64,000 nt of DNA from Macrostomum lignano (Eukaryota), in contig NIVC01000600.1 of assembly GCA_002269645.1 (NCBI GenBank), positions 124,001 to 188,000 on the forward strand. The letters run 5' to 3'. Below, one piece after another: positions 12,587 through 25,100 of the stretch. A program made the translations under genes and the position numbers. The notes below the pieces were generated by a model. The model was given only the letters and a program-made list of their open reading frames with translations. It was not told where the DNA came from and made no database searches. Position 1 is the first letter of the stretch. The number at the start of each line of letters is the position of its first letter.

Positions 12587-13109
12587 TTTTATATTTTGTG
12601 CTTAGCATAAATCAGTATCAAATACACTGTTAGTCTCATAAAACTTTAATTTAAAATACTTGAAAGCAAAAAACACTTAAGCTAAAAAAGAGATAAGCTA
12701 GGGAGCAGAATTCTTGATATTACCTAAAAATTGAGTATCATGTTAGGTACCCAAAACAACCCTATTCATCACACATGCGAAACACATGGCCAATCCAGCC
12801 AGGTGACAGAGCAGCCAAGGTAGGCATTTTGAATTATTCAGCACCAAAAAAATTATAAGTTGGGTACATATAGCTTGTAGGACATTATGTTGCTCTGTCA
12901 CAATCAAAATACTACCTAGCAACAAGAGTTCCCATGTTAGGCTGCTGGTGAATGCTTGCAAGATGGAGATGCTCAGTCAACCAGGGGGGGGGGGGGGGTA
13001 GGGGGAGGGCAGTTGCCCTCCTTAGGTGGAGACCAGAAAAAATCAAAGGGAGGGCCAAGCGAATTTTTGCAAAAAACAGAGCCACTTCTCTGCCCCCCTC
13101 CCTCCTGAG

Positions 13110-13590
13110 TCCATAATGCAGATCATGCTAGGTGCACACCTGAACAAAAATCGAACAGTTACAAATGCATGCCAAAAAATTGAGTGCACACCCCTTCTCA
13201 AAACTATGCCAGTGTTGCAACAATAAATGACCTTTTTTGAATTGCATAATAGATCCTTTTAGCAGGTAATTTAGTTTTAATTTTTCTGCTTTTTTGGCAA
13301 TACTATTTATAGTAGAAAATTGATACATGCAAAGATTTGTTTAAATGCCTTATTATAAGCTTAAAAAACCCAGAAAGCTTGAAATTTATGCTTAAAAATA
13401 AATTTTTAATATCTTTTTTTTTACTTAACATTAACTCTTCCATTTGATTCTATAAAGTGCATGCCAAATATGCACGCACACTATTTTCTTAGGAGTGATG
13501 CATACCAACTGTGCATGCCTACTTTTGGTGTGCAAGGCCTATGCATGCCCAAAATGTTTGGGCGTATACTACATGATCTGGAGTATGTTC
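13110..13590 (+). repeat. Dispersed AT-rich repeat, copy A (paralogue at about 17300-17790)
   Basis: Shared blocks CAGATCATGCT, TTCTCAAAACTAT, TTGCAACAATAAATGACCTTTT, ATAGTAGAAAATTGATA, GAAAGCTTGAAATTTATGCT, ATTTTCTTAGGAGTGATGCAT and CCTACTTTTGGTGTGCAAGGCC occur in the same order. Confidence 0.8.
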
Positions 13591-14474
13591 CTAAGACTTT
13601 ACCCTCTAGAATCCATCCCTCTCCCCTCAAAAAATTTTTTGTTGTGCTACTGATCAGGTTAGGTGCTGCATATAGATACACACACTGCCCTAGCTCTTAT
13701 GCTCCTTAATGGGAATAGTATCATAGTGAGCAAAGACTTCTAGTATCTTGGCATAGCCTGATGACTATATCTCTAATAGGAAAAACTAGGCCTAGTGCAT
13801 TGCATACCTTCTTAAAAATGTGTTCAATTTGCTACTAGAGATAACTTGAAGATGTGCCTATTCTACCTAGCCATAAACCCAATCTTATATAGCATAGAGC
13901 CTATCTCACTGATCAACATGCTAGAGAAAACTTTAAACATGTTCTATTGATCACTTTTATATTATATGCTGGAGATGCATTACCTAGAGTGCCTACTAAC
14001 CAATATTGATAACCTATACTAGAGACTTATCCCTGAGTGCTACCCAATGCTTATTACTCAAAAGAGAGAAATAGTATCAAATAGTAAAAGCAACAATAGA
14101 AAAAAATTAATTAGATATAAAACAAAGCAATGTCATAAAAGGCTCTCTAAATATAGGGATAATGTACTTTTATAATAAACTACTTATATGAGTAATAGTC
14201 TACTTTAGTAACACCCATTTTGGTAATAAAAATGACTAATTCAGTATAGCCATTTGGGTAATAGCCACTTTGGTAACAAGTGAGAATAATATAATATGTA
14301 TTAATTGATATTCTCCAAAGAATGTGCAAACTTTAAAGAAAGAACGACAAAATGCATGCATACCTGCATATGTTAAACTTGTTTAAAAGTGTTTTAACCA
14401 ATCTATTTTAATTTCTAGATGAGTCAGATATATGCGCCCAAGGCATCCTGTAATTGACCAAATATGTACCATGT

Positions 14475-14646
14475 CATACATGCGCAACTTTGGGAATCAC
14501 CCGGCCATTTCTATTGGCAACACATACATGTAAGTCGCTATTGGCTGAGAGCAGTCACGTGACTACTATTCCGTCCAATAGCGACTTACATGTGTGTGTT
14601 GCCAATAGAAATGGCCAAGTGAATCTCAAGGTTGCGCCCAAGCATG
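14475..14646. mobile_element. Short palindromic hAT-type MITE (172 bp), same TIR family
   Basis: Left end CATACATGCGCAAC, right end GTTGCGCCCAAGCATG (imperfect). Perfect 8-bp TSD TACCATGT (14467-14474 and 14647-14654). Internal 42-bp inverted arms at 14503-14544 and 14575-14616 with one mismatch. Confidence 0.85.
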
Positions 14647-14972
14647 TACCATGTGCATTAAAATCTCTGATCTAGTTAGCAAATAGCAACTTAAAATTAT
14701 AGAATCTATTTTTTTCTTTATTCATTATTTATTTTTTTTTCAATTTCAATGTATGCAACTGTGAGTAGCTTACTTTGCTTAATTTTCTTTGCTTTCAAAT
14801 TTTTCATAAAGTAATGTGCAAGTTTAAACAAATTATAATGCAGTTCAACTAGAAAGTTCAAACCATATATGGCAATAAGATATTTGAGATGCAAATTAAT
14901 AAACTAATTATTGCTAAACCTAATTATGATAAAAATAAAGTGTTGACAGTCATAAATCTGCTTGTTACCAAA

Positions 14973-15279
14973 CATACATGCGCAACAGTCGGCCGAGTCG
15001 GCCAATCTGGCCGACCAATTTGGTGGCCAACCAAGGAAGTCGCAAAAATGCCCTCCCAAAAAAATAACCAAGTAGTAGTACTAAGCAGCTGACGAGGCAT
15101 TTTGGCTTAATAAGACAGTTAATAGAGTTATAGTTACTCCTGCCGTTTACCCAAAGTTGCGTTTCTTTTGCTTTAGGGTTTTTTACATGTAAGTCACATT
15201 TTTGGCCAAAAACTATGTCGCATTTTTTGTTAAAACTAAGTTGCATGGCCGACCGAATTTCGGAGGTTGCGAATATATG
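14973..15279. mobile_element. hAT-type MITE, copy 2 (inverted relative to 9338-9633)
   Basis: TIR CATACATGCGCAAC (14973-14986) / GTTGCGAATATATG (15266-15279). TSD TTACCAAA / CTACCAAA (7 of 8). The body is the reverse complement of copy 1. Confidence 0.88.
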
Positions 15280-16141
15280 CTACCAAAGTGGCTATTACCA
15301 AAGTAGATTGTATTCCTTACATATTGCAGTAGTCTAAAATAGAATTCTTGTATTTGGCATATGCAATAAAAGAGTTATAATGATTTTTTATCATATGCAA
15401 AATAATTTTTACTTGTTAGGCCTACACTATGATTTTGGAACTTACAGATAGCAAATTAAAGACAATATTGGATTTCTTTGGAACCATATGGAAAAATGCT
15501 ATACCAAGGACAGAAAATTACCCGACTTCACGTCTCATTTTTTTATTACCGCAACAGGTTTAGAGAACGATTCAAAGATTAAAGAGAATAGATATTAGAA
15601 GTTAATTTTTTAAAATATAATAAATAAAACAATTAGGAATTGCAGGTATTTTGCAGGTAGGTAAATAGAATATAATAAATTTTCGTTGATCTGCTCACGA
15701 AAGGTCCTATCCTTTCATTATGTAAAGAAACAACCAATATGTCTTTGACTTTAAGTATTTAGTCCGTGATAATGAAACTGAAAACTGAGTCTTCAAATTG
15801 TAATGTCACATTTTCCTTAGAAACGTGTCTGACCCTTTTAAAAGTGGCTTTACCAACACAAACAAATTAAATCAAATAAATATATAAGACTAATAGATTA
15901 ATAATGAAATTTATTTTCAAATCTTTTTTTGGCTACAAATTATTCTAGTTTGTTTCATGGCTTGAAAATCAAATCGTTTAAAAAATTATGAATAATTGCT
16001 TCGAAATAGCAGCATTATACGCGCGCTCGTACTTCGTACTTCTTATCTCACTTGTCATTGTGCTACCCTCTTTACTGCCTATTTAATTCTTTCTTTGCAA
16101 AACAATTATTTCAGATATTATTTTAATAGAAGATATAAAAG

Positions 16142-19100
16142 ATGAGTCTTTTTGGTGGAAAGTCAAACTCTCAGTTTGACAGCTTGTTGAGTGAGTATTT
16201 TTACTTTATTTTATTTATTTTACATAGCAAAATAGATTAAGCCTAATTTCTTGTAAGGTTTTTGATGTGGATGTTTATTAGTTTTTTTTATTTTGTAGCA
16301 TTTATGTATTACCAAAGATGATGATTATAGAGAGCAAAAAATCGAAAAGTGTTCAACAATAACATTAAAAAACAAAATTTAATGGCTGACAGTCAGACAG
16401 TGTTTTTCTCAACTTGACTGCCACCATTTTTTCTGCTAGGCCCTAATATCTGTGGAGAGTCATTTTGTTAGAAAATTTGGTCATTTTGTCTACCATGAAA
16501 ATTTTCAGGCCTATTAATTACAATGCTAATGTAGTATCTATGACTATAATATCGTAGGCAATTGTTAAGTTTTATGGAAAGCTTGTGTGCACAGCAGCTA
16601 TCCATCCAGTGTTTAAATTGTATGCACAACAGCTGCACTTTTAACTTATTAAATGGTATGTCATATATATATTGTTCAAATTATTGGAAATTAAAAAAAT
16701 CAAATAAACAAAAAAAGCTAGGCCTATAAATTAAGATTACATTGTACATAGGATAAAACAAGTAATAAACTATTAAATAAGTTCTATGAGAAGCAATGTG
16801 CAGATTTGAGGGAAAGGGTCCAATGTGGTATTCACTATATTGCCTATTTGCCAGCTGCCATGCATGCAATTAAAACACTAAGTGGTTGGCTACCGTGTAC
16901 ACAATTAAAATGCTAGGTGGATAGCTAGTCAGCTACCATGCATGCAATTTGAACACTGGGTGGACGACTGTCATGTATATAAGCTCTCTATAAGTTTTAT
17001 TCATTAATTAAATTTTTTGACTCTAGAAAATCAATCTAAAAACCATTTTAAGTAAAAGTAAATTCTTTTAAGGGACTTTAATCCTGAATAATTAACACTT
17101 CTATGTTTCAAGACATGTTATACTCCAGGTTAAAATTTATCCCAAAAATAAATAATGTAATATATTCTGCACAGAAGATAAAAAAATTAATGCATATGCA
17201 GACAAAACTTTATTAAAATTTTCTTTGGCTCTAAAAGATAGTAAATTAATATTGGCACTAGTAAAGTTACTATTGTTACATTTAAATTCAATAATTCATA
17301 GTCCAGATCATGCTGGGTATATTGCCTATACAAAAATTGAATAATTTCAAATGCACATTAAAAAATGGAATGCATGCCCATTCTCAAAACTATACTAGTA
17401 TTGCAACAATAAATGACCTTTTTTATATTCTGATAATAAATGACTTTTTTGAAATGTATAAAGGACCTTCTTTAGTTAGATAATTTAGCTAATTTTTATG
17501 CTTTTTTGTCTATACTTTTTATAGTAGAAAATTGATATATGCAAAGATTTGTTAAAATCAAATGTCTTATTTCAAGTTGAATGAAACTGGAAAGCTTGAA
17601 ATTTATGCTCTAAAATGAATTTTTCATCTTTTCTCTATTTAACATTAACTCTTCTGTGTGATTCTATAAAGTGCATACTAGGTGTGCACACATTATTTTC
17701 TTAGGAGTGATGCATGCCAATTGTGCACGCCTACTTTTGGTGTGCAAGGCCTTTTGGACATATACTATATGATCTGGAGTGTGGCCAACAATATATACAC
17801 TTTTCTGGCAAAAAATCTATTGCTCTATGTGCCTTTCTTGGTAAAAAATTGTTCTATATACTTGATATATAAAACACATCTTGGGTTATATTATGGGGCC
17901 TATAAAATGCTACTAAGCTTTAAAAGTCTATGGTCAAAACATAAATTTTTTGAATTAAATTAGTGCAATATTAGTGCATTAGTAAATTAGTAAATTAGTG
18001 CATTAGTCAATATTAGGATTATATACCAGTATATACTAGAATGAAAATTGCTTCATTAGCTCCTATAGACCAATGTCCAATAAACTTATTATAGTTATTA
18101 TACACAAAATATACCAAGACAAAAAAAATGACAAACTATGTTTTAGGCTTATGATTTTTTCTTTTTTGCTTTTAGGTTTATATACAATGGTTTTTGCAAT
18201 TATAAAATACTTGTATGATTTCATTTGAAAATATTGCATATTGCACTTATTGTATATAAAACAAAGTTATTGCATTTAAAGGCAAATATAAAAAACCTTA
18301 TATAAAAAACCTATATAAATAAAAATTCAAATACCAAAAACTTTGAATAAAAAAACTTGCTTGAAAGTTTCTATTCAAATATAGAAATTATTGAAATAGA
18401 AATTTCAATATAGAATAGAAAGTACCAATTAAATCCAATTGTAACCAAAATTGCTATGCAAAGATTCCATCCTAGGCACTATATAATATATATGTCTTAT
18501 AATTGTCTATGGTCTAGAAATTAGAATGCTATAAAATATAAGTTTAAGTGTCTGTGGCTTCAACTTGAAAAGTTTTTATTTATACTATAAATTGTTAAGT
18601 ATGTTGTAGAGGTTTCCTCTGTCCTAATTTTATCTTACACAATGCTACCAAAGTTGTGCTAGGGCTAAAGGTTCTGCTCTCTAGAATAATAATTTTATTG
18701 CTAACACCAAGTAAAGTTAAGTCTAGTACAAAGATATACTATAGCATATAGTTTATGCAACTATTGTTCAAACATGTAAATTGTGTAGCAACTCCTTTGA
18801 CTATTAACTAATATTCTTACTAATTCTCAAGTATAACGTTCTATATTGCCATTCTTGTATCAGTCATAGCCAACACCTTTTTTGTTGATATTAAACTTTG
18901 GAATTATAAATGAAACAAGTTTAACATACAATAACAATATTCCTATGAGGCATATTGATTGATTTAGTTCGATTATAATTTATTACTATTAGTTTTATAT
19001 ATAAATTACAAGCTGTTGAAACCCGCGGATTTTGAACCCGGGGAACTCCATTCCCCGGAATTATTTTTGCATGTATTCTAAAATCTGAGGTAAAACTCAA

Positions 19101-22100
19101 ACAAAAATTTGTTCCCTTGTTAATAGTTAGGATAGAGTTAGGATCATGTAAAATTAGGATTTGAGGCAAACATTGATATTGTTGGCTGGGGTGTTGCGCA
19201 GAATGTCAGGCAAACTCTGGCCTCTACGTACCTCTGCCTCTCCCTATGTCCTTTGCATCCGTTGAAACTTCGATCTTCTTTTCTGTTTCCTATCTTCTCT
19301 CTCGTCTCTTCTCTCTCTCCCCTCTTATCTTTTCTCTCTCTTCTCCTCTCTTCGCTCTGGTCTCTGGTCTCTCATATCTCCTTTCTCCTGTTTTATCTTT
19401 TCTCATTTCTCTCTGCTCTCTACTCTGTCTTCCCTCTGCTCTCTGCTCTCTCTTCCCTCACCTCTCTTCTCACTCCTTACTCTACCTTCTCTCAACACTT
19501 TCCTTATCTCTACTCTCTCCTTTTTCCTCTCTTCTCTCAACTCTTTCCTCTCCTCTGTCCACTCTCTCCTCTCATCTCTCTGCTCTCTCCTATCCTATCT
19601 CTCTTCTCTCTCTTCTCTTCCCTCTTTCCTCTCCTCCCTCGTCCTTTTCACCAATTTCCCCTGTCCTCTCGATTCTCTCCCTTCCCCTCCTCTCTCCTCA
19701 CTCACTTCTCATCTCTCCCTTGTCTACACCTCTCATCCCTTATTTCTTATCTCTCCTCTTTTCTCTCTACTCTCCCATCTCTCGTCTGTTCACTCTCGTT
19801 TCTGCTCTCTCATCTCCCCTCTTTTATCAGTCATCTTTACTCTCATATGTTCTCTCACCTCTCCCCTTGTACTCCTCTCTTTCCCTTTTTGACTCAGGAG
19901 GACTCGATCCTTTCTTCTTTCTTCTCGTCTCTTCTCTTCTCTCTTCTATACTCTCTCCCTCTCTTGTCTTCTCTCTTCTCTCTCACTCTCCTCTCTCCTC
20001 TCTTATATCGTCTGTTCACTCTCATCTTTGCTCTCTCATTCCCCTCTCTCTTCTGTCATCTCTACTCTCCTCTCTACTGTGTATACTCTTCTCTTTCCCC
20101 CCCTCTGACTCCTCTCTTTCTAGCTTACTCCTCTCTTCTCTTCCCTCTTCTATACTCTCTCCCCTCTATTCTCTTTTCTCGTCTCTCCGCACTCTGCTCT
20201 CTCTTCCTTCATCTCTCATATTTCCTTTCATCTCACTTATCTCTACAATCTCATCTCTTTCCTCTCTCCTCCTCTTCCCTTTACTCTATCATCTCTCCTT
20301 TGTCCTCTCTTCTTTCTAAACTCTCTCTCTCATATCTATCTTCTCTCTTCTCACTCGTCTCTCCCCCTCTTATCTCCTCCCCTCTATCCTTTCTAATCCC
20401 CCCTCTCGATACTCCCATCTCCTCTTTGTTCTCTCATCTCACTCTTCTCTACTCTCCTCTCTCATCGATCCTCTGTCTTATCTCTCCCCTCTTCTCTCTC
20501 CATCTTCTCACCTCTACTATTTCCTCTCCCTTCTCTCTCCCCTCCTCTCGCTTCTTCGTCCCATATTCTCTGCTCTCTCCTCAACCTCCTCGTACGTCTC
20601 TCCTGTTATCTTCTATCTTTTCTTTTATCCCCTCTCGCCCCTCCTCCCTTTCAAATAGTATATTCCTTTTCCTTTTCACTCTCATCTGGCCCGTAGCCAT
20701 GAGCTGGATTCTTTATCTGGCCTTTGAGATAAAAATCTGCCGATCCCTGCTTCGAAAGCCAGTTTGTAGGACGTAGTACTATCGTGGTTGTTATCATTTC
20801 TCATGCTTTAATCACGTCATCTTTCTGGCCAATTAGCAGCCCTGAGAGAAATTTGTATATCTCCAGCTCCACCAGACCACCACCACAGTCTGCAGCAGTC
20901 TAACAAACAACCATGGAAATACGCATTTCTTAGGAGGCCATTTAAATTTTAAAGTACCTTATGCGAATCTTAATGTTAAAATTTTCATGGTGCAAGTGTA
21001 ACTAATTTAGTAGGATTGCATTGTAATCAGTTATTCATTAATTTTTCGATATTTTTTACAAACCCCTTGATTTGCCATCCTTGTTTAACTGCTGCAGACT
21101 TGTCTATTCAGAGGACAGTGGTTTGAAATTGAATCTCTCGCTAAACTCTCTCCTCTCTACGCCTCTCCACTTGCGGGGGTACAGAGAAGGCTATTAAAAA
21201 GTTATTCCATAACACTGTACATTCTCTATGTACATTGAGCCCTATCGCCTGACCCTTCGTCTGGACTGGGGGATTGGGGGAATGAGTGAGTTGAGCGCCA
21301 CAAACAACAGAAAAAGCAGACAAACTTCACATGCTTACAGTTTCTTTTTCGGTTGAGTTACAGAGTTGAAACTTTACATTTAGACAGAGAATGGGTCAAT
21401 GAAGAATTGTGTCAAGTTTGAAGTCAATCGCTTTACGTGGAGCAAACTTATGGCAGCTGAAAGTTAGTCAATTTTGAAACCCTTTTACACATCTGGGTCC
21501 AGATCGGGAAAGAGAGGCAGGCGGGCGGAGGTTGGGGTGGTTGCTACGCTGAAAAAAACAGCCTAACTTTAAAAGTGCACAGCACCGCTCAGGATTAACT
21601 TTGAGACTTTAATTTTTACACGATTGTGTCAAAATAGTTGAAAATTGTCTGTGTCAAATTTGAAGAGAATCGGTAGAAGTGGAGCGGCGCTATGGAGGAT
21701 TTAGTGAAAAAATCGCGCATTTTGAGCAGTTTTTTGTACTTTTAGGTAGGAAGACTTGAGTCTAGGAAATTAAAAAGTAGCCTAAGACATTCTCCGTAGT
21801 AAGTTTAGGGTGGGTGTAAAGTTTGGTGTAATTTGGTTGAGCAGTTTGGGAGTCCATAGCGATCAAAATTGTCCACACACACACACACACACAGAGTTTT
21901 GATTTTTATAGGTAGAGATAGCTCACTAAATTTTATTTTAAAACTTTAGCTCTTCTACCATATCAAAACTTGTTAAATTATGCCATTTGCATTGAAGTGC
22001 AAATTAAAATACTTAATTTAATTTCTTGGTTAAGATGCAATGCTAGTAAAAATAATAAATCAATGCTCAAGATATGATATAATTTTGGCATCTTTGTAGA

Positions 22101-25100
22101 CAAAGCAACTAGCAATCTGAATTTGGAGACTGACTGGGCTGCTATTCTAAACATCTGCGATCTGATTCGACAGCAGGATGTGAAGTAAGCCTGACTATAA
22201 ATCATCAGAACTCAGAAAAAATATTTATAGACACTTGAAATATTTCTGGTGAAAATATCCATCCAACCTGATCATTTTTTACAGTGCCAAATATGCTGTC
22301 AGTGCAGTGCGCAAGAAGCTGTGCCACGACAATCCCCACACTGTATTCTATGCTCTTCAGGTGAGCTAGTTGAACATTTTGTTCTTTTATATTGCACATA
22401 GATATGATGTCATTAGGAATACGAGTACAACTTGCCATAAAATATCATTTTAGACTGTTGAAGCCATGGTGAAGAACTGCGGCAATCCAGTCTACGACGA
22501 AGTTCTCACAGTGGAATTTCTTGATCTATTGAAAGAATTGTCCAAGGTTAGTCCGTTGGAGGACAAGTATTGACTCTGAGAAGACATAGACATGTACACA
22601 CAATCGCATACAGGGCCTGTGCAATGCAGTCTACATACAGGTTTATGTTTTTACAATGCTTTTTAGAGTCAAGATCCGGTGAAAGAGAAAGTGCTGGAAC
22701 TAATCCAGATCTGGGCCTCTGTGTTCTCCAACCAGTCCCGCTATCGCTGCATCCAAGATGTGTTCTCGTCGCTCAAGCGGGAGGGTGAGTCCTCAATTGA
22801 CGTGTATTAAAAATTTGTATTTTGGATATGCTTAATTATTGTGCAAAAATGTTAGTTGAACTTGCAACTGATAGAAAGCATGATGATAAAAGCAACAAAT
22901 GAAACTTAATACTCCCTAGCCTTCCTTGGGATTTATTTGGTAATCTTAGGCTTCCTTGATTGTGTAGTTTTTCTGGCTCTAAGGTACTTGTCTCCGCGTC
23001 CAGAGCCTCGATTTTCGTTCTGGTGTCCTAGCAGCGACTCTTGTCAGCGCCCGCCATCAAACACTACTCGTATCAGCGAGTCTCTTGTCAGCGCCCGCCA
23101 TCCAATACTACTCGTATCAGCGAGTCTCTTGTCAGCGCCCGCCATCCAGCACTACTCGTATCAGCGAGTCTCTTGTCAGCGCCCGCCATCCAACACTACT
23201 CGTATCAGCGAGTCTCTTGTCAGCGCCCGCCATCCAACACTACTCGTATCAGCGAGTCTCTTGTCAGCGCCCGTCATCCAACACTACTCGTATCAGCGAG
23301 TCTCTTGTCAGCGCCCGCCATCCAACACTACTCGTATCAGCGAGTCTCTTGTCAGCGCCCGTCATCCAACACCACTCGTATCAGCGAGTCTCTTGTCAGC
23401 GCCCGCCATCCAGCACTACTCGTATCAGCGAGTCTCTTGTCAGCGCCCGCCATCCAATACTACTCGTATCAGCGAGTCTCTTGTCAGCGCCCGCCATCCA
23501 ATACTACTCGTATCAGCGAGTCTCTTGTCAGCGCCCGCCATCCAGCACTACTCGTATCAGCGAGTCTCTTGTCAGCGCCCGCCATCCAATACTACTCGTA
23601 TCAGCGAGTCTCTTGTCAGCGCCCGCCATCCAACACTACTCGTATCAGCGAGTCTCTTGTCAGCGCCCGCCATCCAACACTACTCGTATCAGCGAGTCTC
23701 TTGTCAGCGCCCGCCATCCAATACTACTCGTATCAGCGAGTCTCTTGTCAGCGCCCGCCATCCAGCACTACTCGTATCAGCGAGTCTCTTGTCAGCGCCC
23801 GCCATCCAACACTACTCGTATCAGCGAGTCTCTTGTCAGCGCCCGCCATCCAACACTACTCGTATCAGCGAGTCTCTTGTCAGCGCCCGCCATCCAATAC
23901 TACTCGTATCAGCGAGTCTCTTGTCAGCGCCCGCCATCCAGCACTACTCGTATCAGCGAGTCTCTTGTCAGCGCCCGCCATCCAACACTACTCGTATCAG
24001 CGAGTCTCTTGTCAGCGCCCGCCATCCAATACTACTCGTATCAGCGAGTCTCTTGTCAGCGCCCGCCATCCAACACTTATTGGCGAGTCTCCTGTTTAAC
24101 ATCTGCTCTGTAATTAACCCCACATCTTTGACCAAGCACTCCCAATCGCTTCGTTCAAACTTTTTGGGTATTTCAGCCGAAAGTAATGTGACAAACTACT
24201 AATATCGTCGTAAATTATAGACATCCATTAGTGAAATGAAGCCACCCCAAACATACTCTGCCATGCCATTTCCACCCTTCGCTGCCTGCACGCAGGCCAT
24301 TCCTTTCCCGCCGTCCGGTCCTCCGACGCGATGTTCGAAGCCGAAGCGGCCCCAGAATGGAAGGAGGGCTCCCTGTGCCATAAGTGCCGCGCCCAGTTCA
24401 CCACGTTCCGGCGCAAGCACCATTGCCGCTCCTGTGGCAACATATTTTGCGACGAATGCTCTGATAAACGGTCCATCATACCGCGTTTCGGAATCGAGAA
24501 AGAGGTTCGCGTCTGCAAGGCCTGTTATGACGAGATCAATCGGTGAGACAAGCTAGCTTATTTTCGGAAACTTTTATAAGGCACAATAATTATAAATTAT
24601 CGGCTTACCCTAAGACATTGTCCATTTCAACAATTCCCCTTAGTCCTTGACCATTTGAGCAATTCCCTTGAGTCTTTGGCCATCTAATCATTTCCCCTTG
24701 AGTCTTTGGCCATCTAATCAGTTCCCCTTGAGTCTTTGGCCATCTAATCAGTTCCCCTTGAGTCTTTGGCCATCTAATCAGTTCCCCTTGAGTCTTTGGC
24801 CATTTAATCAGTTCCCCTTGAGTCTTTGGCCATCTAATCAGTTCCCCTTGAGTCTTTGGCCATCTAATCAGTTCCCCTTGAGTCCTTGGCCATTTGAGCA
24901 ATTCCCTTGAGTCTTTGGCCATCTAATCAGTTCCCCTTGAGTCTTTGGCCATCTAATCAGTTCCCCTTGAGTCTTTGGCCATCTAATCAGTTCCCCTTGA
25001 GTCTTTGGCCATCTAATCAGTTCCCCTTGAGTCCTTGGCCATTTGAGCAATTCCCTTGAGTCCTTGTCTATCTTATCAGTTCCCCTTGAGTCCTTGACCA

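Noticed and set aside
11747-12610. Repetitive ORFs (IIGTAQEYYRDCSGVLSGLLRS)n
   Set aside because: 22-bp minisatellite within CCDC47 intron 1, antisense to the real gene.
19246-20776. 357-aa and 507-aa Leu/Ser-rich ORFs resembling multi-pass membrane proteins
   Set aside because: Translation of a CT-only tract; stops are absent because purines are absent.
22937-24202. Three long overlapping repetitive ORFs; superficially CRISPR-like 44-bp periodicity
   Set aside because: Head-to-tail tandem repeat with no unique spacers, inside a phase-verified HGS intron; eukaryotic context and no cas genes.
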